Below are positions 1-9,662 of a stretch of 54,299 nt of DNA, piece after piece. The notes beneath the pieces are model-generated. The model saw only the letters and a program-made list of their open reading frames with translations, was not told where the DNA came from and did no database searches. Within the stretch, counting starts at the first letter, position 1, and every line of letters begins with the position of its first letter. The stretch is taken from the IMG/VR virus record IMGVR_UViG_3300038400_000028, positions 1-54,299 of that record, one strand, 5' to 3'. The DNA comes from a virus (lineage: Duplodnaviria; Caudoviricetes). Position numbers and translations under genes: made by a program.

Positions 1-127
1 CAGCGATCGTTTGCCCGTTTGTGTGGATCATGCCATCGCCCAAATAGCTCGCCGCCAGATTCCCTGCGTTCAGTGTCGCCTGTGGGCTGGCGCCGGTCAG
101 CGGCCGCGGGTCGATCACGAGTGGGCT
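1..127. repeat. 127-nt terminal direct repeat (copy 1), circular assembly overlap
   Basis: Identical to 54173-54299; a tail ORF reads in frame across the junction. Confidence 0.95.
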
Positions 128-1222
128 GGTGCCGTTGCCCGTCGCAATGATCGATCCGCTCCGGTCGTCGTCGAGCGCCAGGATCGCGATATAGTCAATG
201 TCGCATGTCCCACTGCCCGCTGATGCCTTGCCGGAGATGCGCAGGTTGGATGGTGCAAAGTTAGAGGTCGTAACCCCCAAAAACATGATGCGCGGGGTGA
301 GACTGGAGCCATCAACTGTGAGGAGTGGCGTCGTTTGCGATTCGAGTGAGCACTGGAGTTGGAACGTCGTCGCGGCTGTGTTCGGGCGCACGGCTATCCA
401 GACGCCGACGCGGCGCGAGGTCGAGTCGAAGCCCGAGAGTGTAGTATCGATGAGTGGCAACAATGTCGTATCGGCCGGCGCCCAGCGTGCCACGTTCCCG
501 CCGCGCGCCTTGGCCGCCGCGTCGGCGGTGGATGTGACTGTCGCGCCAAGAAAGCCGCTTTCGGCCTCGTAGAGCTGCAGCCGGCTCGTCGCGCTCGCAT
601 ACAGGATCGTCGCGGCCGTATTCGAGAGTAGTCCGGCCGACCACGCCATCTGTATCTTGGTCGGTGAGCTCGTGGGAATGCTGGTCGTAAGCGTCGCACT
701 CAGCACGGTCGGATTGGCCGATGTGCTGCTCGTGGCACTCTCGGTCGTCGGGTCGAGCAAGAGCCCGCGCCGCAGGAAAGCGACGTTGACCGCCTCGATC
801 ATGTACATGCCCACATCGCGGTTGAAGCTGACGGGAAGGCTCGCCGCGCTGTTCGTTTCATCGCCTGGCGCTCTGCCTAGCACCAGACAGTTGTAGACCC
901 GCGCCGCGCCAGTCGGCGCCCATTGCAGGATGACGGGGCTGACATTCTGGCCCAGCCGATAGAAACGCTCGGCCTGGTCGAGCAAAAAAACAAGGTTGTA
1001 GAGGCTGGTCAGTACCTCGCTCTCCGTCTCGCCCATTACATGCGCCTGGAAGGACTCGACCTCATCCATGTAGGGGCCGCTGCCGCCGAGCGTGGACTTG
1101 CGCAGCCGCGCGATCTTTGGCGCCCAGCTGTCGCGCGCCAGCATATACTTGCGGTTGCCCGCCGAGTGCCAGATGAGGTTACAAGTGGTCGTGCCATCGG
1201 TTAGTTGCAGAATCATTGGCAT
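1..1222 (-). CDS. Distal tail (Dit-like)/minor tail protein, 5' part; continues across the junction to 54060 (about 444 aa)
   Basis: Missed by the ORF track. ATG at 1222 just after the TMP stop (MPMILQLTDGTTTCNL...), open to position 1 and in frame with 54060-54290; function inferred from position. Confidence 0.75.
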   Translation of the reverse strand, partial: MPMILQLTDGTTTCNLIWHSAGNRKYMLARDSWAPKIARLRKSTLGGSGPYMDEVESFQAHVMGETESEVLTSLYNLVFLLDQAERFYRLGQNVSPVILQWAPTGAARVYNCLVLGRAPGDETNSAASLPVSFNRDVGMYMIEAVNVAFLRRGLLLDPTTESATSSTSANPTVLSATLTTSIPTSSPTKIQMAWSAGLLSNTAATILYASATSRLQLYEAESGFLGATVTSTADAAAKARGGNVARWAPADTTLLPLIDTTLSGFDSTSRRVGVWIAVRPNTAATTFQLQCSLESQTTPLLTVDGSSLTPRIMFLGVTTSNFAPSNLRISGKASAGSGTCDIDYIAILALDDDRSGSIIATGNGTSPLVIDPRPLTGASPQATLNAGNLAASYLGDGMIHTNGQTIA

Positions 1223-1225
1223 CGT

Positions 1226-4200
1226 CTATCGCCTCGTTCGCTTAAATACATCAGCCCTTACCCCCGCCTCGTCGAGCGCCTTCTTGGCGCCGCGATAGCC
1301 GGCATCCTCGATCGCCTGCGCGTTCGTCGCGCCACGGGCATCAACCGAAATGCTGACCGTCGTGCCCGCCATCGCGAAATTCCCGGGCGAGCCGGCCAGG
1401 AGCGACGATGGCGCGGTCAGCCCCTGCCCACCTTGCCCAGGTGGTGGCTGCTGGGCGTTATTGATCTGCACCAGGAGATCATAGAGTTGCATCCAGATCG
1501 GGTTTTGGCCTGCGTCCGGCACGGCGTTGAGCACCGCCTGGAGCTGGTCTGCCAGTGCGCTGAGGCTATTATTATTGGTTATCTGCGAGCGTTCCCCAAA
1601 TGCCGCTTGCTCGGCCTGCTGCGCTTTCTGGATATCTGCGATCTGCTGGCTGATGCTATTGCGCTCGGTGTCCGTCTGCGCGGCCGCTAGGCCCTGCTGG
1701 AGCTTCGCCAGTTCAAAGATCTGGCTAGAGCGCATCTTGTAGAACTTCGCGGCTTGCTCGGGGTCATTCATCGCGGCGGCTACTTGCTCGGCCTCAGCCA
1801 GTTGCTGACGAAGAAGATCGCGGTGTGCCGCCGCTGTGACGGTCAATATGCCCCCGTCTGTCGTTTTCATCACGGCCGCGCCAATATCTTCGAGCGCCTT
1901 GGTGTTGCGTGCTTTTTGCCGATCAATACTCGCGGTCGCGTCGAACGCATCAGCGAGCGCTGAATGCACCCGATCGGGTAGCTCCTCCATAATGCTTGCC
2001 AGCGAGTCGACTAGGTCCTCAGCCTCCTTCTTGGCGTCCTCCGTCATGTCAGACATCGAGATGATCAGCTGTGTTGAGATCATCTGGATGCCTTCCAGCA
2101 GATCGGGCAGCATCCCCTCCAGGCCACCAAGCAGGCCGAGCATACTCATCTCACCGATGCCGGCAAACACCTGGGACGGCGAATGGATATCGAGTGCATC
2201 CGCCATCGTCCCGAGCATTTGATCGGCAGCACCTTGCATCGCGTCGATCGCACCCTGAAGGTGATCCTCGACCCCCTGGATCAGCCCCTCCATGATGTTC
2301 GTGCCGAGATCGGTCGCATCGTCCGGCGCGCTGCTCTCGCGCAACACCTCGCCGAACCTATCACCGGCGTCGCGCATCACATCGACGCCGCCGGTCGCTA
2401 CATCGGATAGGATGTTGTAGAAGGCATTGGCCGTGCTCGAAACGCCATCGATAATACCTTCGACGATCGGCACGCCGACCTCGTCGGCGAAGACCGATGA
2501 GGGAGAACTGATCCCGAGCGCATCCTTGGCCGACTGGAGCGCACCTGCGGCGAGGTTGCGCATGTAGCTGATGATCTGATCGCCGCCCGCTTTCAGTCCG
2601 TTCAGCAGGCCATTGATGATGTCGTTGCCGATCCCCGCCGATTTGCCGATCAGGCCATTCCAGATGCCAAGGATGAGATCGATCGTCGTATCGAAGGACG
2701 CCTTGATCAGCTGTAGCCCACCAGTGATGACCCCCAGGATATCGGTCACGAACCGTGCCGACATATCCTGGATCGTCTGCCAAGCACCCGACCAGTCACC
2801 GTTAATCGCCTGAAGCGCGGCAGTCAGGACGCCGCGAATCAGCGTCAGCGCGGCGTCGATTACGCTGCTGATGATCTGCCAGGCGCCACTGAAGGCGGCC
2901 TGTATCTCGGCGCCGTGGTCGTTGATAAACTGCGCGAGGAATTGGAGTGCGGGGACAACCGTAGCCTGAATCAACTGCATCGCCACCTGGATGATGTCAT
3001 TGATCTGGGTGTATATCTGGCCGGTAGTAGCCAGGATCTCATCACCGTGCGCCTGCCAAAAGGCGCTGATTTGCGCGAGAGCAGCGTTGATGACCTCGGC
3101 CAGCGGCTCGATAAGCGAGAGCACCGTATCATGGACGCTCTGCCAGGTCGTCTGCGCCTGACCGACCATCTCGGCGCCGTTCGCCTCAAAGTAGGCGATG
3201 ATGTCGCCCAGCACCTGGCTGACGAGCGCCTCGATCTGCGGCAAGGTTTCCTGAGCAACGCCATAGAGCAGGGCAAACGCAGGGCTGACCTCAGACAGAA
3301 CATTCAGAAAGCCTTCGATGGGGTTCGCGGCATCGGTGAAGGTCGCCGACAGCTCCCCGGCCAGGCCGGTAATCGCATCGCGCAGATCGAAGAGCGTCCC
3401 GATAATCGGGTCATCTTCCTGAAGACCAAAGATCCCGCCAGTGAAATCGCGGTTGAAGAAGATGTCAAAGAGGCCCTGCGCAGCGCTGGCAACGTCCTGG
3501 AATGTACCGACAAGTGGACTCAGATCCAGGCCAGTCATCTCGCGGATGTCGTCGAGTAGGACGCCCGTCCCACCGCCCTCGCTGAACGCATCATCGAACA
3601 ACCCGCCCAGCGTGACGACCGCATCGCCCAGCGTGTCGAAGATCGGCGAAACGCCATCCAGCCTGTAGAGCGCATTCGCTAACCCACCGATAGCCCCGCC
3701 ACCATTGGCCGCGCCCGTCTCAAAGGCTTGCACCAACTCGCCAAACCCTGCCGCGGCGCTCTCGACGATCGGCACGATCGTGTCGTTGAGGAAGCCGGCC
3801 AGGTCAGAAAGCAGCGGCAGCACGGCCGCGCCCATCGTCTCGGCCGCCTCGCCGAGTCGGTCATGGAACTGCGCCCAGCCGCCGTCTGCCTTTGCGGCTG
3901 CTTCGGCCTGCCCGCCAAATTCTTTGTTGAGCTCGTCGAGTACGAGCTTCTGGTATTCGGCGATGTGGCCGGTTTCAAACAGGCGCTTGCCCAGTTTCAG
4001 CTGCTCGTCGCTGAAACTGACGCCCTGGCGCTGGGCCGCCGACATCGCATCGGCGCTGTTGAGGATCTTGCCGACCATGATCGACATGTCTTCGGGCGTC
4101 TTCTTGAGCGCCTGGGCCATATCGACCGTGAGCACGGTCGCGAAGTCGAGCATCTCACCTTTGATATTCCCAAAGGTGAGCAGCATATTGGTTGCGGCCT

Positions 4201-4564
4201 GAACCTGGTCGTCACCGAAGAGGGATTTACCGGAAGCGGCTGAGAGAGAGGCAGCGAGGCTTTCGACGTGCTCGGCCGACACACCAGCCGCATTGCCCAT
4301 TGAGGTGATGGTCTGCTCGGTCTGGGCCATCACCAGCTGGTGTGCCCGCGCGTCGTCGATACCGCCCTTGAGCACGGCGCCGAACGCCACGACACCGGCA
4401 GCAGCGGCGGCCAGTCCGATCTTGAGCGCCCCGCTGATGATGTTGCCGATATGGGAGAAGCCGGATTCGGCACGCGCCTCGGCGTCGCTGATACCCTGGT
4501 CCAGGCCCTTCAGCGACACCTCGGTGCCGAGTACGGCGTTGCCTAGTGAGTCTTCGGCGGCCAT
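1226..4564 (-). CDS. Tape measure protein
   Basis: 1112 aa, Ala/Gly-rich helical, periodic W/F repeats, two ALxIxSPSxVF motifs, downstream of tail chaperones. Confidence 0.92.
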   Translation of the reverse strand: MAAEDSLGNAVLGTEVSLKGLDQGISDAEARAESGFSHIGNIISGALKIGLAAAAAGVVAFGAVLKGGIDDARAHQLVMAQTEQTITSMGNAAGVSAEHVESLAASLSAASGKSLFGDDQVQAATNMLLTFGNIKGEMLDFATVLTVDMAQALKKTPEDMSIMVGKILNSADAMSAAQRQGVSFSDEQLKLGKRLFETGHIAEYQKLVLDELNKEFGGQAEAAAKADGGWAQFHDRLGEAAETMGAAVLPLLSDLAGFLNDTIVPIVESAAAGFGELVQAFETGAANGGGAIGGLANALYRLDGVSPIFDTLGDAVVTLGGLFDDAFSEGGGTGVLLDDIREMTGLDLSPLVGTFQDVASAAQGLFDIFFNRDFTGGIFGLQEDDPIIGTLFDLRDAITGLAGELSATFTDAANPIEGFLNVLSEVSPAFALLYGVAQETLPQIEALVSQVLGDIIAYFEANGAEMVGQAQTTWQSVHDTVLSLIEPLAEVINAALAQISAFWQAHGDEILATTGQIYTQINDIIQVAMQLIQATVVPALQFLAQFINDHGAEIQAAFSGAWQIISSVIDAALTLIRGVLTAALQAINGDWSGAWQTIQDMSARFVTDILGVITGGLQLIKASFDTTIDLILGIWNGLIGKSAGIGNDIINGLLNGLKAGGDQIISYMRNLAAGALQSAKDALGISSPSSVFADEVGVPIVEGIIDGVSSTANAFYNILSDVATGGVDVMRDAGDRFGEVLRESSAPDDATDLGTNIMEGLIQGVEDHLQGAIDAMQGAADQMLGTMADALDIHSPSQVFAGIGEMSMLGLLGGLEGMLPDLLEGIQMISTQLIISMSDMTEDAKKEAEDLVDSLASIMEELPDRVHSALADAFDATASIDRQKARNTKALEDIGAAVMKTTDGGILTVTAAAHRDLLRQQLAEAEQVAAAMNDPEQAAKFYKMRSSQIFELAKLQQGLAAAQTDTERNSISQQIADIQKAQQAEQAAFGERSQITNNNSLSALADQLQAVLNAVPDAGQNPIWMQLYDLLVQINNAQQPPPGQGGQGLTAPSSLLAGSPGNFAMAGTTVSISVDARGATNAQAIEDAGYRGAKKALDEAGVRADVFKRTRR

Positions 4565-4662
4565 GCATGCGCTCGCGTGTCATATAACGCGGGCGCGAGG
4601 TGCGGCGGCGTTCGTCGGTGCGCGTGGGGCAGTACGCGCGACGCGCGCCGGAGGGGATTAGA

Positions 4663-4770
4663 TTAATCGCTGGTCGTGTTGCCGAGCTTGTAGCGTTTGA
4701 TGGCCTCGGCGATAGCCATCAGCGATCGATAGATTACCTGCCAGAGCAAGCGCTCAGGATCCTGTGTCAT
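4663..4770 (-). CDS. 35-aa small protein MTQDPERLLWQVIYRSLMAIAEAIKRYKLGNTTSD
   Basis: ATGA overlap with upstream stop; amphipathic helix; below ORF-track cutoff. Confidence 0.5.
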   Translation of the reverse strand: MTQDPERLLWQVIYRSLMAIAEAIKRYKLGNTTSD

Positions 4771-5144
4771 GCGCTTTCGACCTTTTCAGCATCCTCAGAT
4801 GTAGTGACCCGAAAGCCCCGTGCGCGAAACCACTCTGCCGCCGCCTGCGGGTCCTGCCGGATGAACTCAACGGGCTGTGGTTTGGGTGCTGGCTGCACCT
4901 GGATCTGTAACTGGCGCATCATCCGCCGATAGGCTTGCCGTTCCAAATGCGGCGCGATTGCCGCCTGCACCGCGTCGATCTGCTCGACAGCGCGCAGGGT
5001 TGGAAGCTGCTCAATCAGGATCGTCAAGTAGCAGACCGGCATCCGTAAATAGTCTAGCGGCGACCCTCCGTAGTAGTAGCAGAGGCGGGCGAGCGTTTGC
5101 CGCGCGGCGTTTTCGCCTGTGGCGCCGGCGGCTCCGCTTCCCCC
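4767..5144 (-). CDS. Tail assembly chaperone C-terminal extension (gpGT-like, -1 frame)
   Basis: The -1 frame is open from the slippery site: ...TLARLCYYYGGSPLDYLRMPVCYL... Confidence 0.8.
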   Translation of the reverse strand, partial: GGSGAAGATGENAARQTLARLCYYYGGSPLDYLRMPVCYLTILIEQLPTLRAVEQIDAVQAAIAPHLERQAYRRMMRQLQIQVQPAPKPQPVEFIRQDPQAAAEWFRARGFRVTTSEDAEKVESA

Positions 5145-5530
5145 ACGGGGGTTGGCTCCGCTGATACGTCGGCGGCTTTCTGTGCTGCGCGCCAGCGCGT
5201 AATGATCTTTTGCTTGCCCCAGGTCGGGATTTTTTCCAAGCGCTCACGTGGGAAATCCGGCATTAGGATCAGCAGCATCTCGTCGATGATGCGCAGCATC
5301 TGCTGCATTGCTTTTTGGACCCTGCTAGGGTCACGCTGGGCTACGCCTTTTGATTGCATCAGCGCCTGCGCCTGATCGACCTCTCGCTGCAACTGGTTGT
5401 ATGCTCCAAAGTCCTCGCTACTGAACATCTGCATCGTGCGCATGTCGTAGCGCTGACCATCGCCGCCGAACGTGTCATCGACGTAGACGATCGGCTCGGG
5501 GATTAGGTCGGCAAGACTGAAGGAAGGCAT
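5054..5530 (-). CDS. Tail assembly chaperone (gpG-like)
   Basis: Between major tail and TMP genes; slippery site near its 3' end. Confidence 0.8.
   Translation of the reverse strand: MPSFSLADLIPEPIVYVDDTFGGDGQRYDMRTMQMFSSEDFGAYNQLQREVDQAQALMQSKGVAQRDPSRVQKAMQQMLRIIDEMLLILMPDFPRERLEKIPTWGKQKIITRWRAAQKAADVSAEPTPVGEAEPPAPQAKTPRGKRSPASATTTEGRR
5138..5144 (-). other. Programmed -1 frameshift site G GGG GAA
   Basis: GGGGGAA in the 0 frame, followed by a GC-rich hairpin (GGCG-AAAA-CGCC). Confidence 0.75.
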
Positions 5531-5564
5531 AAGCGTTGCTCCTTATTGCATAGGGCGCGATCGA

Positions 5565-6152
5565 CTAGCCCGTCTGTGCGGTCAGCCAACCCAGCTCGTC
5601 GCCGGCAGCCTGGGTATCATCCTCGAACGGCGTGACAACCAGTTCCAGCCCTGCGCGGCCATCCTTCGTGAAGGCTGGCGCGGGCTCGCCGTCAAAGACC
5701 GCCATCGGCAGATAGTACTGTATCGGATAGCTACCGTAGGGTGATGCAATCTCCGATCGAAACAGCATGGTGTAAAGCTTCGGCATTCGCCCGCGCTTGA
5801 TTGGCATGCGCTTGACCGCTGGTGGCCCGGCGTCCGATGTGACGTTGGCCGCGTCGTTCAGTACCCGCGCGTAGTTCTCCAGAGTCAGATCGACAATCAT
5901 GGTCGTGATGGTGGGGTCCTCTTCAGGTCGCACGGCCTTGACTACCCCCTGGTGATTATCGTCGTAGAACTTCGTCAACGCGCCGGCGTGGTTGACGGTT
6001 TGCCCACCGTCGGTATCGCCCACGAACACGAACCCGCTCGCGATTGGATCAGCACTGGCCGCTGGCTCGGCCGTGCTCGCCGTGCCATGAATATAAAGTT
6101 TGAGTGTCATGCCGGCGAGCTGCTCGAAGGGCGCCAGATTTGCATCGGCCAT
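5565..6152 (-). CDS. Major tail tube protein
   Basis: 195 aa, acidic and beta-rich with a VGDTDGG motif; between terminator and chaperone genes. Confidence 0.8.
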   Translation of the reverse strand: MADANLAPFEQLAGMTLKLYIHGTASTAEPAASADPIASGFVFVGDTDGGQTVNHAGALTKFYDDNHQGVVKAVRPEEDPTITTMIVDLTLENYARVLNDAANVTSDAGPPAVKRMPIKRGRMPKLYTMLFRSEIASPYGSYPIQYYLPMAVFDGEPAPAFTKDGRAGLELVVTPFEDDTQAAGDELGWLTAQTG

Positions 6153-6164
6153 GCCGTTATCCTC

Positions 6165-6611
6165 CTATGGAACGAAGTTGCGATGGCAGCACGCTCGAAG
6201 CGAAACGCGCGCCAGGTCGATATTCAGATCGCCGTCTTTGAGGTGCTCAGGCGAGTCGTCCAGCACCAGCCAGTAGAGCAGGCCATTGCCGCGGTCGGTT
6301 GCAACGACGGTGCGCTCGCTCGCGTCGCAGATGACCGCCAGCGCGCCGTAGACGCGGTTTGCCTCTTCCTGGCTTGCGCCGTAGCAGCGTGCCTCTAGTC
6401 GGCTGCGCTGCTGCCTGCCGTACAAATCGACCGCGCCGCCAGGGGCGTAGCTGACAGTGAGCGCCTTGGATGGGAGCGGCCATGCCTCCTCATCGTCGGC
6501 GGCGTCCAGGCCGAACTTGTGCTTGCTCGCCACGCGGCCCTCGGTTTCGAGGTTCAGGTCAGCGTCGCTCACCAGCCGCGCAATGACGATCTCGAGCAGA
6601 TCGGCGATCAC
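6165..6611 (-). CDS. Tail terminator/completion protein
   Basis: GTGA overlap start; RLEARCYG..EA motif; position. Confidence 0.65.
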   Translation of the reverse strand: MIADLLEIVIARLVSDADLNLETEGRVASKHKFGLDAADDEEAWPLPSKALTVSYAPGGAVDLYGRQQRSRLEARCYGASQEEANRVYGALAVICDASERTVVATDRGNGLLYWLVLDDSPEHLKDGDLNIDLARVSLRACCHRNFVP

Positions 6612-6913
6612 AGCCTTGCCCCACAGATGATACAAAACTGCGCGCCAGTCGGCGGTGTATCACCACACTCACGACAACACAGTCGTTGAGTTGAGCCGGT
6701 CGCAGGGGTCTCATTGGATTGCACGCGCCTGTTGGGTGGGTCTCCAGCAGGTCGCACCCCCTGGTTTACCCCGACATGCGAGAACTGCCTGAGAATATTT
6801 GAGGGCGTAGCCTCATGCTGCGCGGGCGGCGCTACGTTCGGCCTCGGTGTTTGTGGGTTTGGATTGACTTTAGCCATAACGTCCCCTGGCGCTGGTCCGA
6901 CATAAATGCCCAT
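6608..6913 (-). CDS. Hypothetical protein with C-terminal zinc ribbon
   Basis: CRECG...FCIICG; translationally coupled on both sides. Confidence 0.6.
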   Translation of the reverse strand: MGIYVGPAPGDVMAKVNPNPQTPRPNVAPPAQHEATPSNILRQFSHVGVNQGVRPAGDPPNRRVQSNETPATGSTQRLCCRECGDTPPTGAQFCIICGARL

Positions 6914-7239
6914 TACTGGCAGTGCTTCCTCACGATATCGAGCGCTATCGGTTTCACGCGCCCAAGCCCCTCGCTGATGTAGCGATACAAGCGATGTATC
7001 CTCAGCGCGTATCTGACACCCCTGACCCCCACGCTGCCCCGAATACGATCGCCCTCTTCATGTGCCGCGTCGCCCGCAATCGCGCGCTGGAGCGTGCCCG
7101 AGCGCTTGCCGTGGCCAGGATAGAGCTCAGCTTTTGCTTCGGTCTCGATCCGCTGATCGATCTCCGTCAGCGCTTGCACGAGCTGGCGCGCTTTCTTTGC
7201 TCGCAGCGCCGCGCCCTTCCATGCGATCTTCGCTGACAT
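6913..7239 (-). CDS. HK97 gp10-like neck protein
   Basis: SGTLQRAI and VRYALRIH motifs; GGAGG RBS. Confidence 0.7.
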   Translation of the reverse strand: MSAKIAWKGAALRAKKARQLVQALTEIDQRIETEAKAELYPGHGKRSGTLQRAIAGDAAHEEGDRIRGSVGVRGVRYALRIHRLYRYISEGLGRVKPIALDIVRKHCQ

Positions 7240-7375
7240 CGGCCCCCTCCCCGGGTAGCGCAGGCTGCCCGTCCACACCTTCCAGGCTCTCCAATGAAAC
7301 AAAGATGCGCCCGCGCAGGCTGATCAAGTGACCAGCCTGGGCCAGTTGCCCCATCTTCTTTGGTGTAATCTTCAT
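7127..7375 (-). CDS. Small hypothetical protein
   Basis: ATGA coupling to upstream gene; 3' end overlaps the next gene. Confidence 0.4.
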   Translation of the reverse strand: MKITPKKMGQLAQAGHLISLRGRIFVSLESLEGVDGQPALPGEGADVSEDRMEGRGAASKESAPARASADGDRSADRDRSKS

Positions 7376-7734
7376 CGGGTGGTCCCTTTCTCCAGCCTGG
7401 CGCTCTGGTGCTTGGCCGCGCGCCCGCGCCGCCGTAACACGTGCTCGATCGTATATGGCCCCGCGTCGGTTGTGCCGTCTTCCAGCACGATGTTGACAAT
7501 ACGATCCTTCGGCTTCACGTCGCGGCCGACTCCAAATAGCAGCAGGTAGGTCGTGATCGTCGGCCGCTCGGCGAGCGCACTATCCGCGACACGCTGCTCT
7601 TTCTCCACGAAGCGGCAGCGCATCCCCTGCTCCCATACCTGCCAGCTTTTCTGCTCAGCCTTGAGTCCGTCGCGTCCGATGCTGGTGAAGCGCTCCACGT
7701 CGCAGCGGTGGATGAAGTGCGCATCTACGCCCAT
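7372..7734 (-). CDS. Head closure/stopper protein
   Basis: 120 aa, DVKPKDRI motif, position in head-tail module. Confidence 0.7.
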   Translation of the reverse strand: MGVDAHFIHRCDVERFTSIGRDGLKAEQKSWQVWEQGMRCRFVEKEQRVADSALAERPTITTYLLLFGVGRDVKPKDRIVNIVLEDGTTDAGPYTIEHVLRRRGRAAKHQSARLEKGTTR

Positions 7735-7931
7735 ACCACGTCCTCGGGCTCCAGATCGAACGGCGCGGCCAGTGCAGCGATCACGGCGTTCAGACGTTCA
7801 TCTGGGATCTCAACCTCTGCCCCTGGCGCGAACAGTACATCGTCGATGCCAGCCACCTTGAACGACAGCGCGAGGTCGCCGCGCCGGAGATTGATCGCGA
7901 CTTTGCCTTCGCTGTCGGTGATTGCTCGCAC
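7725..7931 (-). CDS. Hypothetical protein
   Basis: Fits operon spacing. Confidence 0.5.
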   Translation of the reverse strand: MRAITDSEGKVAINLRRGDLALSFKVAGIDDVLFAPGAEVEIPDERLNAVIAALAAPFDLEPEDVVWA

Positions 7932-7935
7932 TGCC

Positions 7936-8277
7936 TTAGCTCAACTGAAACGCGAACAGGTTCGTGTTTGCGCTCACGGTCACAACCAAGTTGTTGCTTG
8001 AGTTGTTGTAGTACGCTACCGGAAACCCGCCCCAGATTTGGATCTTGGCGGCCGTCGTCGTGAGCGTCAGGTCGGTGATCGCCAGGCCATCCTGCGTACC
8101 CGGCGTGACGACCGTCGCCGTACCGCCGGCTGTGCATTCAAGGATCAGTCCAACCCTGCCGTTGTTCGGGATATTGTAGTTGTTGCCGCTGGTCGCGGCG
8201 GTCTTGTTGTCGGTGTAGTTCGCCGCCGACGCTGCCACCCGCGTGGCCTTGTAAACGGTGACGGTCACTTCAGCCAT
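7936..8277 (-). CDS. Putative virion decoration protein (paralog A)
   Basis: Thr/Asn-rich beta protein; shares YxIPNNGRV, TVVTPGT and FPxxxYNN with 8290-8640. Confidence 0.6.
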   Translation of the reverse strand: MAEVTVTVYKATRVAASAANYTDNKTAATSGNNYNIPNNGRVGLILECTAGGTATVVTPGTQDGLAITDLTLTTTAAKIQIWGGFPVAYYNNSSNNLVVTVSANTNLFAFQLS

Positions 8278-8289
8278 AGGTCGGCCTCC

Positions 8290-8640
8290 TTATGATGGCA
8301 GTCGTAGCACGGCGAAGGTCAGTCCCGTCACCTCCGAAAACGTGACGGCGATCTGTCCTGCGGCGTTGTTATAAACCCCAGGCGGAAACGGCCCGATCAT
8401 CTTGTCGCCAACAGTCGCAAGGACCGTCGCGGTGTAGTCGGCCAGCGCCAGCGTATCGGTCGTGCCGGGCGTCACCACCGTTACCGTGCAATCACCTGCG
8501 CCGGTCTTCTTGATGTGCAGAAACACGCGCCCGTTGTTCGGGATCAGGTAGGTATCCGTCGCGCTGCCGGCGGCATAGCTTGGCGTGAGTCCGCTCGACG
8601 TGCGGGTAATGACCTGGATCGTCGGTGTGCTCATCGTCAC
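8290..8640 (-). CDS. Putative virion decoration protein (paralog B)
   Basis: Same motifs as 7936-8277. Confidence 0.6.
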   Translation of the reverse strand: MTMSTPTIQVITRTSSGLTPSYAAGSATDTYLIPNNGRVFLHIKKTGAGDCTVTVVTPGTTDTLALADYTATVLATVGDKMIGPFPPGVYNNAAGQIAVTFSEVTGLTFAVLRLPS

Positions 8641-9155
8641 ATCCCCATATAACTCAATCGCCGGTAGAGTGCGGCACGGGCTGTCTCCCAGTCCGGCGCC
8701 TGGTAGCTATACTCGCCGCCGACCGATTCGCTTTTCATCGCGGTCTGCTCGAGCGCCAGTCGGACCAGTTCGACGATGACCGCCCTGCGCCGTGCCTGAT
8801 CATCGATCGGCACATAGGTGACGGTCACGATCCCCGCACCCCAGCCGCCGCCCAGATGCTCGATCCGTCCTTCATTGCCCCACACCTGATAGGCTGTAGT
8901 TGCCACGGCCAAGGCAGTGCCGCCGCCCTTGTCGGCGGTCGTGATGCCCGATACACTTACCGCTGGTCGCCGCAAGAACAGATTTGTCGTACTGCCGCCG
9001 TCGTAAACCTCCGTCACCGTCGCCACACCATCACCTGTCGCGCCGAACCGCCGCACGACCTCGTTTTCCTCGTCGGTGATGATGTCGGCGAGATCAGTAT
9101 CGTCGAGGTCCGTCTGGACCTTGCGGCGCACATCGGCAACGGTGACGAGCGACAT
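8637..9155 (-). CDS. Head-tail adaptor (gp6/gp15-like)
   Basis: LVTVADVR N-terminus, SESVGGEYSY C-terminus. Confidence 0.8.
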   Translation of the reverse strand: MSLVTVADVRRKVQTDLDDTDLADIITDEENEVVRRFGATGDGVATVTEVYDGGSTTNLFLRRPAVSVSGITTADKGGGTALAVATTAYQVWGNEGRIEHLGGGWGAGIVTVTYVPIDDQARRRAVIVELVRLALEQTAMKSESVGGEYSYQAPDWETARAALYRRLSYMGM

Positions 9156-9161
9156 GGCCGG

Positions 9162-9662
9162 TTACTCCTTGCGCTTGCCGCGCTTGACCGGCTCCGGTTC
9201 GTTGATCGCTTCCTCGAAAACCGGCGACGGTGTGAACTCAACAACGGGCGGCTGGTCCTGGCTATCCTCCTGAACGACCTCGCCGGGTGCGCCCTCGGCC
9301 TGCTCTTCGAAGGTGAGCAGGCCGAGGGCGTGATCGTCCGACGGCTTTATTTCGTCATCGCTCATCGGGCTGATCTTGTTCTCGCTCGGCCCCTGGCGCA
9401 GCTTGTTCTCGCTCGGCCCCTGGCTCGCCTTCGTCAGTCCCAGGCGCTCGGCCTCCTCCAGTGGGATCGTATTGCCGGCGGCAACCAACAGCGTCGCGCG
9501 GCTCGGGTCATTCGCTTCGACGGCCTTGCCATCCTTGTCCAGATAGAGCCGCCGGTCGGCGACCCACTCATTGCGATTTGCCATTGGTTTCTCCAGGTCT
9601 AGCGGCGTTGCAGCCACAGGCCCGCATGCCGCATGTTCAGCACCACAGATCGGGCAGCGCAT
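9162..9662 (-). CDS. Hypothetical head-associated protein
   Basis: TAATG coupling; N-terminal CPICG..H..C; acidic tail; internal repeat. Confidence 0.6.
   Translation of the reverse strand: MRCPICGAEHAACGPVAATPLDLEKPMANRNEWVADRRLYLDKDGKAVEANDPSRATLLVAAGNTIPLEEAERLGLTKASQGPSENKLRQGPSENKISPMSDDEIKPSDDHALGLLTFEEQAEGAPGEVVQEDSQDQPPVVEFTPSPVFEEAINEPEPVKRGKRKE
9375..9424. repeat. Two-copy 27-nt-period coding repeat (QGPSENK)
   Basis: cttgttctcgctcggcccctggc at 9375 and 9402. Confidence 0.85.

Noticed and set aside
1-127. Terminal repeat as a biological DTR
   Set aside because: The length equals a common assembler k-mer (127) and it falls mid-gene; best read as circular overlap
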